Shown piece after piece: positions 36,637 to 50,600 of a stretch of DNA of 64,000 nucleotides. Below the pieces are notes generated by a model, which was not told where the DNA came from, searched no databases, and saw only the letters and a program-made list of their open reading frames with translations. This DNA is from Eledone cirrhosa (lineage: Eukaryota). The stretch is taken from positions 71,982,001 through 72,046,000 of the forward strand of contig OZ024741.1 in NCBI GenBank assembly GCA_964016885.1, given 5' to 3'. Every line of letters starts with the position of its first letter. The first letter of the stretch is position 1. The translations under genes and the position numbers were made by a program.

Positions 36637-39235
36637 TTAATCTGTTATTTTAATAAATAAATATATATATATATATATATATATATGCTTATTTAGAAAA
36701 TTGTTTACAGTTAGATTCACTTCATACAGCTAACACACAGTTGTGAAGCCTGGTTTTATCAAGTGATTTGCATTAAGCAAACCTCCTGAAATGAACCCTG
36801 GTTCTACGATACTAAGCTGTTTGTTTTAAAGAGTTTATATTCACAAACCTTCAGTAACCATTCACTCTAGATTTAGACATCTTTAAATATTGTAACACTT
36901 CACAAAGGTGATGATTGGCAGAGTTGTTAGAACATTTGATAGAATGTTTTCAATATTTGTTCTGGCTCACTGCACTCTGAGTTCAAATCTGTCTGAAGTC
37001 AACTTTGTTTTTCCTCCTTTCAAGTTCAGTACTGGGGTTGATTTTCCTCTCTCTCTTTTTGTGGAAAAATCGACTGTGTTCTGACCTAGAGAAGGATGGG
37101 CTCTGTCAGGTTTAAAATGTCCAATACACGTTATGTGTCAGGACAGTGCCCTTATGACCCCATCATAGGGCTCTTTACCTTTACTTGACACTTCACAATT
37201 GCACTGTTCACCACACAAGAACAAGTTCTTTAACTAGAGTAGCCAAAATTGATTTTCAGAAATATGAAAGTGAGAAGAAAACCATAGAAAAATCTATGAT
37301 AACACAGGGTTGTTAGTTACAGGGATGATATGATTGGAGGGTAACCTGGGATAATACAGAAAATTACAAGAAAGATATATACTTGTGTCAGCATTCAATC
37401 ATGATTGATTGACCATCAATGTGGATGTTGTCAATCATCTCAAGAGCAGAGTCAAGATCAGTGACAATGAAACTTTGATTCACAATGATGCCCAGGAAAT
37501 CCTTCAGATTATGCTCCATGATCCAGTTGAAAGCATAGTTAAAAGGGTCAGAATCTTCAATGTAGCAATGAATATATGCTTATGTAAAGCTATATATTCT
37601 AATTAAATTCAACTGTTTCATAGGCAATTCATCAAAGATCAAGATATTCCAGAGTTAACCCTTTTGATAATAATTCATGCCAAACTACCTGATTCTCTAA
37701 AACAGAATCACCCATTTTATAGGGTCACTGTTTAAATTAAAAAAAGGTCCAACATCACCACAAGTATCACTACCCTCACCATTACCATCATCATCACCAT
37801 AACCACAACAACCCCTTACCACCACCACCACCACCACCACCACAACATTTTTTCACAAGAAACTTTTCATAAGTTGTGTTTATAAATATCACCTTAATTA
37901 AATAATTTTAGTAAAATTCCCCAAAATTCTTCATTAAAACCAATACATTTTACCACATTAGAAATATGGTCACCTATTTCAAAGAGTTTCTGTTAAAATT
38001 AAAATTTCCCAACATAATTTATACAAGAACCATTCCATAAGTTTACTAATATCTTAATAATGAAATAATCAACAGAAATACATTTATCTTATTAGAAATA
38101 TAGTAAGGAAAGAGCTAGCTGTTGGTAGCTCCAGTGTTGTTCCAAAACCATTCTGAAGGCAAACATTTGGAACTAACTAGTGGGGGGAGGGAGAGAGAAC
38201 AAAAACTGTGCAGTCACAAAAGCACAATAACAGGGAAAACTATGTCAATAGAGAGGAGAGGAAAGGTAAAAACAGTAGAAGGGGAGAGAGAGAAAAGGGA
38301 AGAGTTATACAAGAGATAGAATGAGATGTATGGGGCAGAAGTGACATGTGAAAAGGAGGAGGAGGAAGTGAGGAAGAGTGAGAAAAAATATGTTGAGGTG
38401 TAGAGAGATGTGACACCTGAAAAAGGAGGGTGAGGTGGTAAGGAGATTTAAAGCTGAATGTAGAATGATGCAAGGAGGGGGAGACCTGTAGAACATGGTG
38501 GGTGCGGTGGTGGTAGGGATAGTTAAGAGAAAGAAAAGAAAAAGGAAAAAAGAAAGGGGTAGAGTAGAGAAAGAAAGGTGACAGGAGTAGATAGTGGGTG
38601 TATGTGTATGTTAACAGTGTGTGTGTATAACAATATGTATGACCCCCCCCCCCCCCGGTAAGTAGGAGGGGGGTGTAGATGGAAGGCCGATATAGCAAGA
38701 AACTTCTATATTTTGGTGGGGAGGTACAGGGTGCAGTACTAATCCCTATAGATACCCCCCTCTTGACACACTTATCCCCCCCCCCCCAAAAAAAAACCAT
38801 ACTTTATTTACTAAGGTTTCTTATTAAGGAGAAAGTGGGGGTAAACTGCAGAATTATTTACTACAGACCCCACCATGCATACATACCTACCCACTAACAC
38901 ACCTACATTTATAACCCCCTACCAACCATGCCTATCCACACCCTGATATACTCACGGCTACACCCTACCCAACACCCAAGACAAAGGTTTCTTTTGGGGG
39001 AAGAAGGTGGAGATATTGCCACTACCACCATCAACACCAACACTACTACCACCACCATCATCTCCACTACCATCTCATTCAGCACACACACACCATACAG
39101 ACGCGTGTGTGTGTGAAAGGTGCATGTAGATGTATAGGTGCACACATTTACAGACCCATATCTATATGGGTGTATATGAAAACAATCATAAACTATATGT
39201 TTATATCATCATTATATACAAACATATATACATAA

Positions 39236-39268
<33 letters not shown>

Positions 39269-40067
39269 TTCACATGCACACAAACACACACATATATATA
39301 TATAAGTATGTGCACACACACATGCACACAGTAAAACCGCATAATAAATCATGTAAATGTTAAAATTAGATTTTGAAACTAATTTTATTTTAATTTTTGG
39401 TTGTTGCATAAATTGTGATGGTGTTGTGGTGTTTGTGGTGATGGTATAGTGATGTTGTGGTATTGGTAGTGGTAGTGTGATGTTGGTGGTGGTAGTAGTG
39501 TGTTGGTGGTGTCTGGTGTTGATATGGTGGTGGTGTGGTATTGGTGGCAGTAGTGTGATGCTGATGGTGGTAGTAGTATGTTGGTGGTGTGGTGGTGTTG
39601 ATAGCACAGTGTTGATGTGGTATTGGTGGTGGTGGTGTCAGGTTGGAGATAGTGTTAGTGTTGATGTTAATGGTGGTGATGATGATGATGAAGACTAGTG
39701 AGTGTAATATATGAATTATGTTGCTGATGATGGTGGGGATTGTAATGATTGTAACGTATAAATGATGTTAATGATGATGATGGTGCTGATTGTAATGGTG
39801 ATAATGGTGGTGATTGTTATGATGTTGGTGATTTTGATGCTGCTGCTGATGATGATGATGTAACAATCACCTGCTGTGAGTTCCAGAAGAGAACGTTCCT
39901 ATTTCATCCATCAAGCCACTCCACATCTCTGACACACCAGTAAACTGACTGTAATGTTGTTTACATTTGGTGCAGCTTGCACCATGCCCCCTGCCATCTA
40001 CCGCCTCTCCACATACACTGCCCCAAGTGTTTCCTTGTTTTGTTCCTCTCATGCTGCAGCCATTGGC

Positions 40068-40103
<36 letters not shown>

Positions 40104-41344
40104 ACTAGTGAGAAATAAGTAAAGAAAGAGAGACAGACAAAAATACGGATCTGAAGAGCTAGGGAATGATATATATATACATATATGAATGATATATATA
40201 TATATACAGAGAGAGAGAGAGAGAGAGAGAGCTATATGCAGTGCCAGCAGCTATATTTGATGAGTCAGTGATTGGTGAGGAGAGATGGATGGTTGGTTGC
40301 TTCTAAATGGTTCGGGGGGGGGGGGGGGGGGGGGGGGTTAGGTTTGGGATAGTTCGTGGCTGACAGAAATGGTTTTAGCCTAAACGATGAATGCAAAAAC
40401 TCCTTAGCAGACATCTTCTAAATAATTGATAAAAACAGTTAAAAGAGATTGTTGTTGTGTCTGAGAGAAATATTACATGCTGCCATTGCTCTGTCAATAA
40501 CCACCACCACTATCATCGCCCTCCTCCACCATCATCCCCACCAAAGTGATCACCATCACCGCTGCTACCACCACCACAATTATCGCCATAACCATAACAA
40601 ACAATCACCAACACCATCCCCTTAACTACAATGCCCCACTATCATCATCACCATTACCAACACCACACAGCTGGGTCTACACCTATATATATATATATAT
40701 TTAAAATACTTTTAAAGTTTAAAATAATCAAATAAATAAAAGGTATGTATGTGCATATGTAGCTGCAGCATGGTCAAATGATTAAGAGGTTTGCTTCAAA
40801 TCATAAGGTTCTGGGTTTGATCCCACATTGTGGAATCTTGGGTGAGTGTTATTTACCATAGTCATAAACTGTTTGGAAGTCGACCCCTGCTCAAGATGGT
40901 TGGATAATATCCCTGAGCTTGGCTGGTCATGTTTGGGGATCCAGTCAGATCAGTTGGAGACAGTTGTTTCTGACAGGACCTGTTTGAGGACTTTGGCCCC
41001 ACAACCCTCTCAGGAATAAGTGGGCAATGAAGAAGAAGAGAAAATTTGTCATACACTGAGTCATTCTGAACCTTCTTAAGAATTACATTAAGGGACACAT
41101 ATGTCTATGGAATACTCAACCACTTATTCTATAATACCAGAAAAACTGTACCTGTGATTCAAAGGGTCAGTCTGTCTTGTTACATATTGTGTTATGCTGA
41201 ATCTTCCTGAGAATTATATTAAGTGGTACATGTGCTTATGGGATGCTCAGCCACATACATGTTAATTTCATGAGCAGGCTGTTCCATTAATTGAACAACT
41301 GGAACACTCATCGTGGAAATTGACAGTGGTCCACTCCTCCTTTA

Positions 41345-41545
41345 TATGTATGAGTGTGTGCGCATATATGTATGAGTGTGTGCGCATATATGTATGAGTG
41401 TGTGTGCATATGTGTATGAGTGTGTGTGCACATATGTGTATGAGTGTGTGTACATATATGTGAGTGTGTGTGCATATGTGTATGAGTGTGTGTGCACATA
41501 TGTGTTTGAGTGTGTGTACATATATGTGAGTGTGTGTGTGTGAGT
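41345..41545. repeat. ~22-26-nt minisatellite
   Basis: Repeats of tatgagtgtgtgtgcacatatgtg. Confidence 0.85.
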
Positions 41546-41695
41546 GTAAAAATACAACAACAGATAAATCAATGGAAAAAAAAAGAAAAAGTGACAAATA
41601 AATATATAAAAACAAAGAAATGATTCAAAAGAAGCAATTTTCCATGGTTTACTGATAAAACATTGTTGACATTTTAGTTTGGTTGGTCAACACAC

Positions 41696-44600
41696 AGTGG
41701 TGTTGTTGGTGGTGATAGTGTTAGAGGTGGTAGTGTAGGTATTGGTGGTGGTGTTAGTGGTGGTGGTGTTGTTGGTGGTGTTAGTGGTGGCGGTGTTGTT
41801 AGTGGCGGTGGTGTTGTTAGTGGCGGTGGTGGTGTTAGTGGTGGTGGTGTTGTTAGTGGCGGTGGTATTGTTGGTGGTGATAGTGTTAGAGGTGGTAGTG
41901 TAGGTATTGGTGGTGGTGTTAGTGGCGGTGGTATTGTTGGTGGTGATAGTGTTAGAGGTGCTAGTGTAGGTATTGGTGGTGGTGTTAGTGGCGGTGGTGG
42001 TGTTAGTGGTGGTGGTGTTAGTGGTGGTGGTGGTGTTAGTGGCGGTGGTATTGTTGGTGGTGATAATGTTAGAGGTGCTAGTGTAGGTATTGGTGGTGGT
42101 GTTAGTGGCGGTGGTGGTGTTAGTGGTGGTGGTGTTAGTGGTGGTGGTGATAGTGTTAGAGGTGGTAGTGTAGGTATTGGTGGTGGTGTTAGTGGCGGTG
42201 GTGGTGTTAGTGGTGGTGGTGATAGTGTTAGAGGTGCTAGTGTAGGTATTGGTGGTGGTGTTAGTGGTGGTGGTGATAGTGTTAGAGGTGCTAGTGTAGG
42301 TATTGGTGGTGGTGTTAGTGGTGGTGGTGATAGTGTTAGAGGTGGTAGTGTAGGTATTGGTGGTGGTGTTAGTGGTGGTGGTGATAGTGTTAGAGGTGGT
42401 AGTGTAGGTATTGGTGGTGGTGTTAGTGGTGGTGGTGATAGTGTTAGAGGTGGTAGTGTAGGTATTGGTGGCGGTGTTAGTGGTGGTGTTAGTGGCGGTG
42501 GTGTTGTTAGTGGCGGTGGTGTTGTTGGTAGTGATAGTGTTAGAGGTGCTAGTGTAGGTATTGGTGGTGGTGTTAGTGGTGGTGGTGATAGTGTTAGAGG
42601 TGCTAGTGTAGGTATTGGTGGTGGTGTTAGTGGTGGTGGTGTTAGTGGTGGTGGTGATAGTGTTAGAGGTGCTAGTGTAGGTATTGGTGGTGGTGTTAGT
42701 GGTGGTGGTGATAGTGTTAGAGGTGCTAGTGTAGGTATTGGTGGTGGTGTTAGTGGTGGTGGTGATAGTGTTAGAGGTGGTAGTGTAGGTATTGGTGGTG
42801 GTGTTAGAGGTGGTAGTGTAGGTATTGGTGGTGGTGTTAGTGGTGGTGGTGGTGTTAGTGGTGGTGGTGATAGTGTTAGAGGTGGTAGTGTAGGTATTGG
42901 TGGTGGTGTTAGAGGTGGTAGTGTAGGTATTGGTGGTGGTGTTAGTGGTGGTGGTGGTGTTAGTGGTGGTGGTGATAGTGTTAGAGGTGGTAGTGTAGGT
43001 ATTGGTGGTGGTGTTAGTGGCGGTGGTGTTAGTGGTGGTGGTAGTGTTAGTGGTGGTGGTGATAGTGTTAGAGGTGGTAGTGTAGGTATTGGTGGTGGTG
43101 TTAGTGGTGGTGGTGATAGTGTTAGAGGTGGTAGTGTAGGTATTGGTGGTGGTGTTAGAGGTGGTAGTGTAGGTATTGGTGGTGGTGTTAGTGGTGGTGG
43201 TGGTGTTAGTGGTGGTGGTGATAGTGTTAGAGGTGGTAGTGTAGGTATTGGTGGTGGTGTTAGAGGTGGTAGTGTAGGTATTGGTGGTGGTGTTAGTGGT
43301 GGTGGTGGTGTTAGTGGTGGTGGTGATAGTGTTAGAGGTGGTAGTGTAGGTATTGGTGGTGGTGTTAGTGGCGGTGGTGTTAGTGGTGGTGGTAGTGTTA
43401 GTGGTGGTGGTGATAGTGTTAGAGGTGGTAGTGTAGGTATTGGTGGTGGTGATAGTGGCGGTGGTGTTGTTGGTGGTGGTGTTGTTAGAGGTGGTAATGT
43501 AGGTATTGGTGGTGGTGTTAGTGGCGGTGGTGTTGTTAGTGGCGGTGGTGTTGTTAGTGGCGGTGGTGTTGTTGGTGGTGATAGTGTTAGAGGTGGTAAT
43601 GTAGGTATTGGTGGTGGTGTTAGTGGCGGTGGTGTTGTTAGTGGCGGTGGTGTTGTTAGTGGCGGTGGTGTTGTTAGTGGCGGTGGTGTTGTTAGTGGCG
43701 GTGGTGTTGTTAGTGGCGGTGGTGTTGTTAGTGGCGGTGGTGTTGTTAGTGGCGGTGGTGTTGTTGGTGGTGATAGTGTTAGAGGTGGTAATGTAGGTAT
43801 TGGTGGTGGTGTTAGTGGCGGTGGTGTTGTTAGTGGCGGTGGTGTTGTTAGTGGCGGTGGTGTTGTTAGTGGCGGTGGTGTTGTTAGTGGCGGTGGTGTT
43901 GTTAGTGGCGGTGGTGTTGTTGGTGGTGATAGTGTTAGAGGTGGTAATGTAGGTATTGGTGGTGGTGTTAGTGGTGGTGGTGTTAGTGGTGGTGTTAGTG
44001 GCGGTGGTGTTGTTAGTGGCGGTGGTGTTGTTAGTGGCGGTGGTGTTGTTGGTAGTGATAGTGTTAGAGGTGCTAGTGTAGGTATTGGTGGTGGTGTTAG
44101 TGGTGGTGGTGATAGTGTTAGAGGTGGTAGTGTAGGTATTGGTGGTGGTGTTAGTGGTGGTGGTGGTGTTAGTGGTGGTGGTGGTAGTGTTAGAGGTGGT
44201 AGTGTAGGTATTGGTGGTGGTGTTAGAGGTGGTAGTGTAGGTATTGGTGGTGGTGTTAGTGGTGGTGGTGTTAGTGGTGGTGGTATTGTTGGTGGTGATA
44301 GTGTTAGAGGTGGTAGTGTAGGTATTGGTGGTGGTGTTAGTGGTGGTGGTGTTAGTGGTGGTGGTATTGTTGGTGGTGATAGTGTTAGAGGTGGTAGTGT
44401 AGGTATTGGTGGTGGTGTTAGAGGTGGTAGTGTAGGTATTGGTGGTGGTGTTAGTGGTGGTGGTGGTGTTAGAGGTGGTAGTGTAGGTATTGGTGGTGGT
44501 GTTAGTGGCGGTGGTGTTGTTGGTGGTGATAGTGTTAGAGGTGGTAGTGTAGGTATTGGTGGTGGTGTTAGTGGTGGTGGTGGTGGTGTTGTTGGTGGTG

Positions 44601-47600
44601 TTAGTGGTGGCGGTGTTGTTAGTGGCGGTGGTGTTGTTAGTGGCGGTGGTGGTGTTAGTGGTGGTGGTGTTGTTAGTGGCGGTGGTATTGTTGGTGGTGA
44701 TAGTGTTAGAGGTGGTAGTGTAGGTATTGGTGGTGGTGTTAGTGGCGGTGGTATTGTTGGTGGTGATAGTGTTAGAGGTGCTAGTGTAGGTATTGGTGGT
44801 GGTGTTAGTGGCGGTGGTGGTGTTAGTGGTGGTGGTGTTAGTGGTGGTGGTGGTGTTAGTGGCGGTGGTATTGTTGGTGGTGATAATGTTAGAGGTGCTA
44901 GTGTAGGTATTGGTGGTGGTGTTAGTGGCGGTGGTGGTGTTAGTGGTGGTGGTGTTAGTGGTGGTGGTGATAGTGTTAGAGGTGGTAGTGTAGGTATTGG
45001 TGGTGGTGTTAGTGGCGGTGGTGGTGTTAGTGGTGGTGGTGATAGTGTTAGAGGTGCTAGTGTAGGTATTGGTGGTGGTGTTAGTGGTGGTGGTGATAGT
45101 GTTAGAGGTGCTAGTGTAGGTATTGGTGGTGGTGTTAGTGGTGGTGGTGATAGTGTTAGAGGTGGTAGTGTAGGTATTGGTGGTGGTGTTAGTGGTGGTG
45201 GTGATAGTGTTAGAGGTGGTAGTGTAGGTATTGGTGGTGGTGTTAGTGGTGGTGGTGATAGTGTTAGAGGTGGTAGTGTAGGTATTGGTGGCGGTGTTAG
45301 TGGTGGTGTTAGTGGCGGTGGTGTTGTTAGTGGCGGTGGTGTTGTTGGTAGTGATAGTGTTAGAGGTGCTAGTGTAGGTATTGGTGGTGGTGTTAGTGGT
45401 GGTGGTGATAGTGTTAGAGGTGCTAGTGTAGGTATTGGTGGTGGTGTTAGTGGTGGTGGTGTTAGTGGTGGTGGTGATAGTGTTAGAGGTGCTAGTGTAG
45501 GTATTGGTGGTGGTGTTAGTGGTGGTGGTGATAGTGTTAGAGGTGGTAGTGTAGGTATTGGTGGTGGTGTTAGTGGTGGTGGTGATAGTGTTAGAGGTGG
45601 TAGTGTAGGTATTGGTGGTGGTGTTAGAGGTGGTAGTGTAGGTATTGGTGGTGGTGTTAGTGGTGGTGGTGGTGTTAGTGGTGGTGGTGATAGTGTTAGA
45701 GGTGGTAGTGTAGGTATTGGTGGTGGTGTTAGAGGTGGTAGTGTAGGTATTGGTGGTGGTGTTAGTGGTGGTGGTGGTGTTAGTGGTGGTGGTGATAGTG
45801 TTAGAGGTGGTAGTGTAGGTATTGGTGGTGGTGTTAGTGGCGGTGGTGTTAGTGGTGGTGGTAGTGTTAGTGGTGGTGGTGATAGTGTTAGAGGTGGTAG
45901 TGTAGGTATTGGTGGTGGTGATAGTGGCGGTGGTGTTGTTGGTGGTGGTGTTGTTAGAGGTGGTAATGTAGGTATTGGTGGTGGTGTTAGTGGCGGTGGT
46001 GTTGTTAGTGGCGGTGGTGTTGTTAGTGGCGGTGGTGTTGTTGGTGGTGATAGTGTTAGAGGTGGTAATGTAGGTATTGGTGGTGGTGTTAGTGGCGGTG
46101 GTGTTGTTAGTGGCGGTGGTGTTGTTAGTGGCGGTGGTGTTGTTAGTGGCGGTGGTGTTGTTAGTGGCGGTGGTGTTGTTAGTGGCGGTGGTGTTGTTAG
46201 TGGCGGTGGTGTTGTTGGTGGTGATAGTGTTAGAGGTGGTAATGTAGGTATTGGTGGTGGTGTTAGTGGCGGTGGTGTTGTTAGTGGCGGTGGTGTTGTT
46301 AGTGGCGGTGGTGTTGTTAGTGGCGGTGGTGTTGTTAGTGGCGGTGGTGTTGTTAGTGGCGGTGGTGTTGTTGGTGGTGATAGTGTTAGAGGTGGTAATG
46401 TAGGTATTGGTGGTGGTGTTAGTGGTGGTGGTGTTAGTGGTGGTGTTAGTGGCGGTGGTGTTGTTAGTGGCGGTGGTGTTGTTAGTGGCGGTGGTGTTGT
46501 TGGTAGTGATAGTGTTAGAGGTGCTAGTGTAGGTATTGGTGGTGGTGTTAGTGGTGGTGGTGATAGTGTTAGAGGTGGTAGTGTAGGTATTGGTGGTGGT
46601 GTTAGTGGTGGTGGTGGTGTTAGTGGTGGTGGTGGTAGTGTTAGAGGTGGTAGTGTAGGTATTGGTGGTGGTGTTAGAGGTGGTAGTGTAGGTATTGGTG
46701 GTGGTGTTAGTGGTGGTGGTGTTAGTGGTGGTGGTATTGTTGGTGGTGATAGTGTTAGAGGTGGTAGTGTAGGTATTGGTGGTGGTGTTAGTGGTGGTGG
46801 TGTTAGTGGTGGTGGTATTGTTGGTGGTGATAGTGTTAGAGGTGGTAGTGTAGGTATTGGTGGTGGTGTTAGAGGTGGTAGTGTAGGTATTGGTGGTGGT
46901 GTTAGTGGTGGTGGTGGTGTTAGAGGTGGTAGTGTAGGTATTGGTGGTGGTGTTAGTGGCGGTGGTGTTGTTGGTGGTGATAGTGTTAGAGGTGGTAATG
47001 TAGGTATTGGTGGTGGTGTTAGTGGTGGTGTTAGTGTTAGAGGTGGTAGTGTAGGTATTGGTGGTGGTGTTAGTGGCGGTGGTGTTGTTGGTGGTGATAG
47101 TGTTAGAGGTGGTAATGTAGGTATTGGTGGTGGTGTTAGTGGTGGTGTTAGTGTTAGAGGTGGTAGTGTAGGTATTGGTGGTGGTGTTAGTGGCGGTGGT
47201 GTTGTTGGTGGTGATAGTGTTAGAGGTGGTAATGTAGGTATTGGTGGTGGTGTTAGTGGTGGTGGTGATAGTGTTAGAGGTGGTAGTGTAGGTATTGGTG
47301 GTGGTGTTAGTGGTGGTGGTGGTGTTAGTGGTGGTGGTGATAGTGTTAGAGGTGGTAGTGTAGGTATTGGTGGTGGTGTTAGAGGTGGTAGTGTAGGTAT
47401 TGGTGGTGGTGTTAGTGGTGGTGGTGGTGTTAGTGGTGGTGGTGATAGTGTTAGAGGTGGTAGTGTAGGTATTGGTGGTGGTGTTAGTGGCGGTGGTGTT
47501 AGTGGTGGTGGTAGTGTTAGTGGTGGTGGTGATAGTGTTAGAGGTGGTAGTGTAGGTATTGGTGGTGGTGTTAGTGGTGGTGGTGGTGTTAGTGGTGGTG

Positions 47601-48120
47601 GTGATAGTGTTAGAGGTGGTAGTGTAGGTATTGGTGGTGGTGTTAGAGGTGGTAGTGTAGGTATTGGTGGTGGTGTTAGTGGTGGTGGTGGTGTTAGTGG
47701 TGGTGGTGATAGTGTTAGAGGTGGTAGTGTAGGTATTGGTGGTGGTGTTAGTGGCGGTGGTGTTAGTGGTGGTGGTAGTGTTAGTGGTGGTGGTGATAGT
47801 GTTAGAGGTGGTAGTGTAGGTATTGGTGGTGGTGTTAGAGGTGGTAGTGTTAGTGGTGGTGGTGTTAGTGGTGGTGGTATTGTTGGTGGTGATAGTGTTA
47901 GAGGTGGTAATGTAGGTATTGGTGGTGGTGTTAGTGGTGGTGGTGTTAGTGGTGGTGTTAGTGGCGGTGGTGTTAGTGGTGGTGTTAGTGGCGGTGGTGT
48001 TGTTAGTGGCGGTGGTGTTGTTAGTGGTGATAGTGTTAGAGATGATAGTGGTGGCATTGTTGGTGATGATAGTGTTATAGATGATGGAGCTGGTGGAGCA
48101 TGAGGTGATGATGGTATTGG
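41696..48120. repeat. GGT/ACC triplet-based compound satellite with higher-order duplication
   Basis: Modules gatagtgttagaggtggtagtgtaggtatt and (ggt)n-gttagt; the line starting at 41761 recurs at 44581 (offset 2820). Confidence 0.95.
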
Positions 48121-48879
48121 TGTTGGTTGGTGGTGGTGCAGTAAAGCATGAACCACTAAATTGCTGATGTTTATCTGTGGATATAGCTTATTAACTATAC
48201 ATACGCAAAAGCAACAACACACAGAAAGATATGTATGCACACGCATACATACATACATATACACACATACATGCACACAGACACACAGGCAGATACACAC
48301 ACATACAAACATACATATACACATATACACAGGCAGACACACACACAATCAGATACACACACATATATATATACACATGCAAACACAGCTGGTTGTGATA
48401 AACATCTTGCATTTTTCTATTGTGTACACAGTTACTAAGACACACATACATTGTAACATTGCAAACAAAAGCATACAAAGTGACACCCCCACCCTCATAT
48501 ATGTGTGTGTATACACAAACCCAAATACACACTGGCTGTATTACCTTACATACATAACACATACAACACACACACACAATTTGTCAGATGCAGAGTTATT
48601 AGCTACACACAATACTCACTTGTAATAAAAAAAAAAAAAAAAAAATAACACCTCCCCATTGACTGGTGTGTATGTGTGTATGTGTGGGTGTGAATGTGTG
48701 GGTGTGTGTGGAGGTAAATGTGTATATGTATGTCTATCAAACCCTCTCATTAAGTAGTGAATCCTCAGGTGTTAAGTAGACTATGGAGAAATGACACTAA
48801 TTAAATACACATTTAGAAGAATTGGCATAACACAAGTGTGCGTGTGAGTATATACACACACACATATATATATATAAAA

Positions 48880-49025
48880 TCATCGTCATTATCATTTTCT
48901 GTCTGTTTTTCCCATGCTCACATGGGTTAGCTTCTCACCACTTGTTGCTTACAGTTCCTTCTTATCCCCTCTATGAGGTTCATCGTTTTGAGATCAGCTC
49001 TCACCACCTCTGCCTAGATCTTCCT
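48880..49025 (-). mobile_element. Old RTE-type LINE 3' end
   Basis: Minus strand reads RKI*AEVVRADLKTMNL (cf. RKTW..V..DL), then aacccatg..catgggaaaaacagacag and (gat)n. Confidence 0.7.
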
Positions 49026-49085
49026 ATCGACGAGAGGCTGTACACCTTGGAGACCTGCTGCGGATGGTGGGTACGGCCCGACTTG
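49012..49085 (-). pseudogene. 28S (LSU) rRNA fragment
   Basis: Reverse complement reads cgggccgtaccc..atccgcagcaggtctccaaggtgtacagcctct, matching the conserved eukaryotic LSU segment CCGCAGCAGGTCTCCAAGGTGAACAGCCTCT. Confidence 0.85.
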
Positions 49086-50236
49086 AGAGCTGCAGAGCCG
49101 GACCCTAGATGATCTCACTGAATACCCAAGCTAGTTCAACTAAGCTCATGGATTTTACCCAGTTATCTTGCTCGTGGTCTACCCCTGAATCTCTTGCTAG
49201 TTGGTTTTGCTCATAAAATCTGTCCAGCGATTCTTGGGGGTTATTGTTTTGTTCTATTAATAAATTCTTCAGGCAATGTATCTCATTAAAAATAAGGCAA
49301 CAAAAGGGTTAAATATATTAAACCATTAACACCAACATCTTTTACATTATTCAGTATATGTGTTTATTTGACTTTTATAGTCATTCCCCATGTTCTTCCA
49401 TCCTATATTTATAGATATTTCATATATATTTCATTGCCATATTTCTAACGAAAAATGCTGCCTATGGTTGTCAAATCATTAAAAAAATAATCAAGAATTT
49501 GGGGGGATTTAGTAATGGCAGTATCGGAAGAGAGTTGGATGCCATGCTTTGATGTATAGAGTTACAGCCCTTGCCATTCTGAGTTCAAATCCTGCCAAGG
49601 TTAACTTTGCCTTTCATCCTTACGGGGGTCGATAAAATAAAGTACCATTTATGCACTGAGATAATTGCTGGCCTTGTGCCAAAAGTAGAAACAATTATTT
49701 AGATAATTTAACAAAGGTTCTTATATAAAATTATGATAGAAAGTTGTTCCTTTTTAGATAAATATAAAAATTTTAAAATAGACAACTTTGTATCACAGAA
49801 CCAGGGTGGTTTCACGAGGTTTCGTATCAAAAGAGCTAATACATCTGTCCATGTTAATATATAAAATGCTCAATCAGTGCCAATGAAATGTCAATATAAA
49901 CAGATATTGAGAAGGAAGAGAAACTACTATTCTTCATTCTATAACAGTTTATGGAGCAGAAAATATCTAAAAATCAGGTTTGTTAATTTTAAACGATTGT
50001 AGTATTTTTATTGGTGAACAGTGTGCCAGTTGGTACTTTTCAAGAATACCTTGCTAATGCAATTTGAAGTAGTACAGTACAGGACATTGAGAGTTAAACC
50101 AAATTATTGTTAATCTTGTTGATGACATGTCTGAATATACATTTTCCTTTCTATATTTTATATCATTAAACATGTGTTTAATGATTAATCATGGATGGTC
50201 TCATTATATAATCAAACAAATCATCATTAATATATC

Positions 50237-50600
50237 GGATTGGCAGTATTGGTAGAGCGTCGGACAACATGCATGGTGGCACTGAGTTACATCCCTTTAC
50301 GATCTGAGTTCAACTCCCGCCGAGGTTAACTTTGCCTTTCATCCTTACGGGGTTGATAAAATAAAGCACCAGTAATGCACTGGGGTAATGGCTGGCCTTG
50401 TGCCAAAAGTAGAAACAATTAATATATCATTATTATCATTCGGATGCCATGCTTTCCAGCATAGTTACGTCTCTTAACAATCTGAGTTCAAATCCCGCCG
50501 AGGTTAACTTTGCCTTTCATCCTTACAGGGTCGATAAAATAAAGTACCAGTAATGCACTGGATAATTGCTGGCCTTGTGCCAAAAAGTAAAAACAATTAT
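50237..50600 (+). mobile_element. Tandem pair of SINE family A
   Basis: Full copy followed by a 5'-truncated copy. Confidence 0.85.

Larger units (their letters stand above)
35007..36658 (+). mobile_element. Penelope-like element copy 2: inverted terminal arm, GIY-YIG remnant, unspliced 3' region
   Basis: 35268-35657 matches the GIY-YIG part of copy 1; 35095-35267 is the reverse complement of ~36486-36658; 35007-35094 extends that arm; both ends abut (TA)n. Confidence 0.92.

Noticed and set aside
41674-48348. 2224-aa Pro/Thr-rich extensin- or mucin-like gene
   Set aside because: Begins in (GT)n microsatellite; codons vary at positions 1-2 with fixed third-position A; no signal peptide or other domain. 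Kept only as a low-probability possibility.
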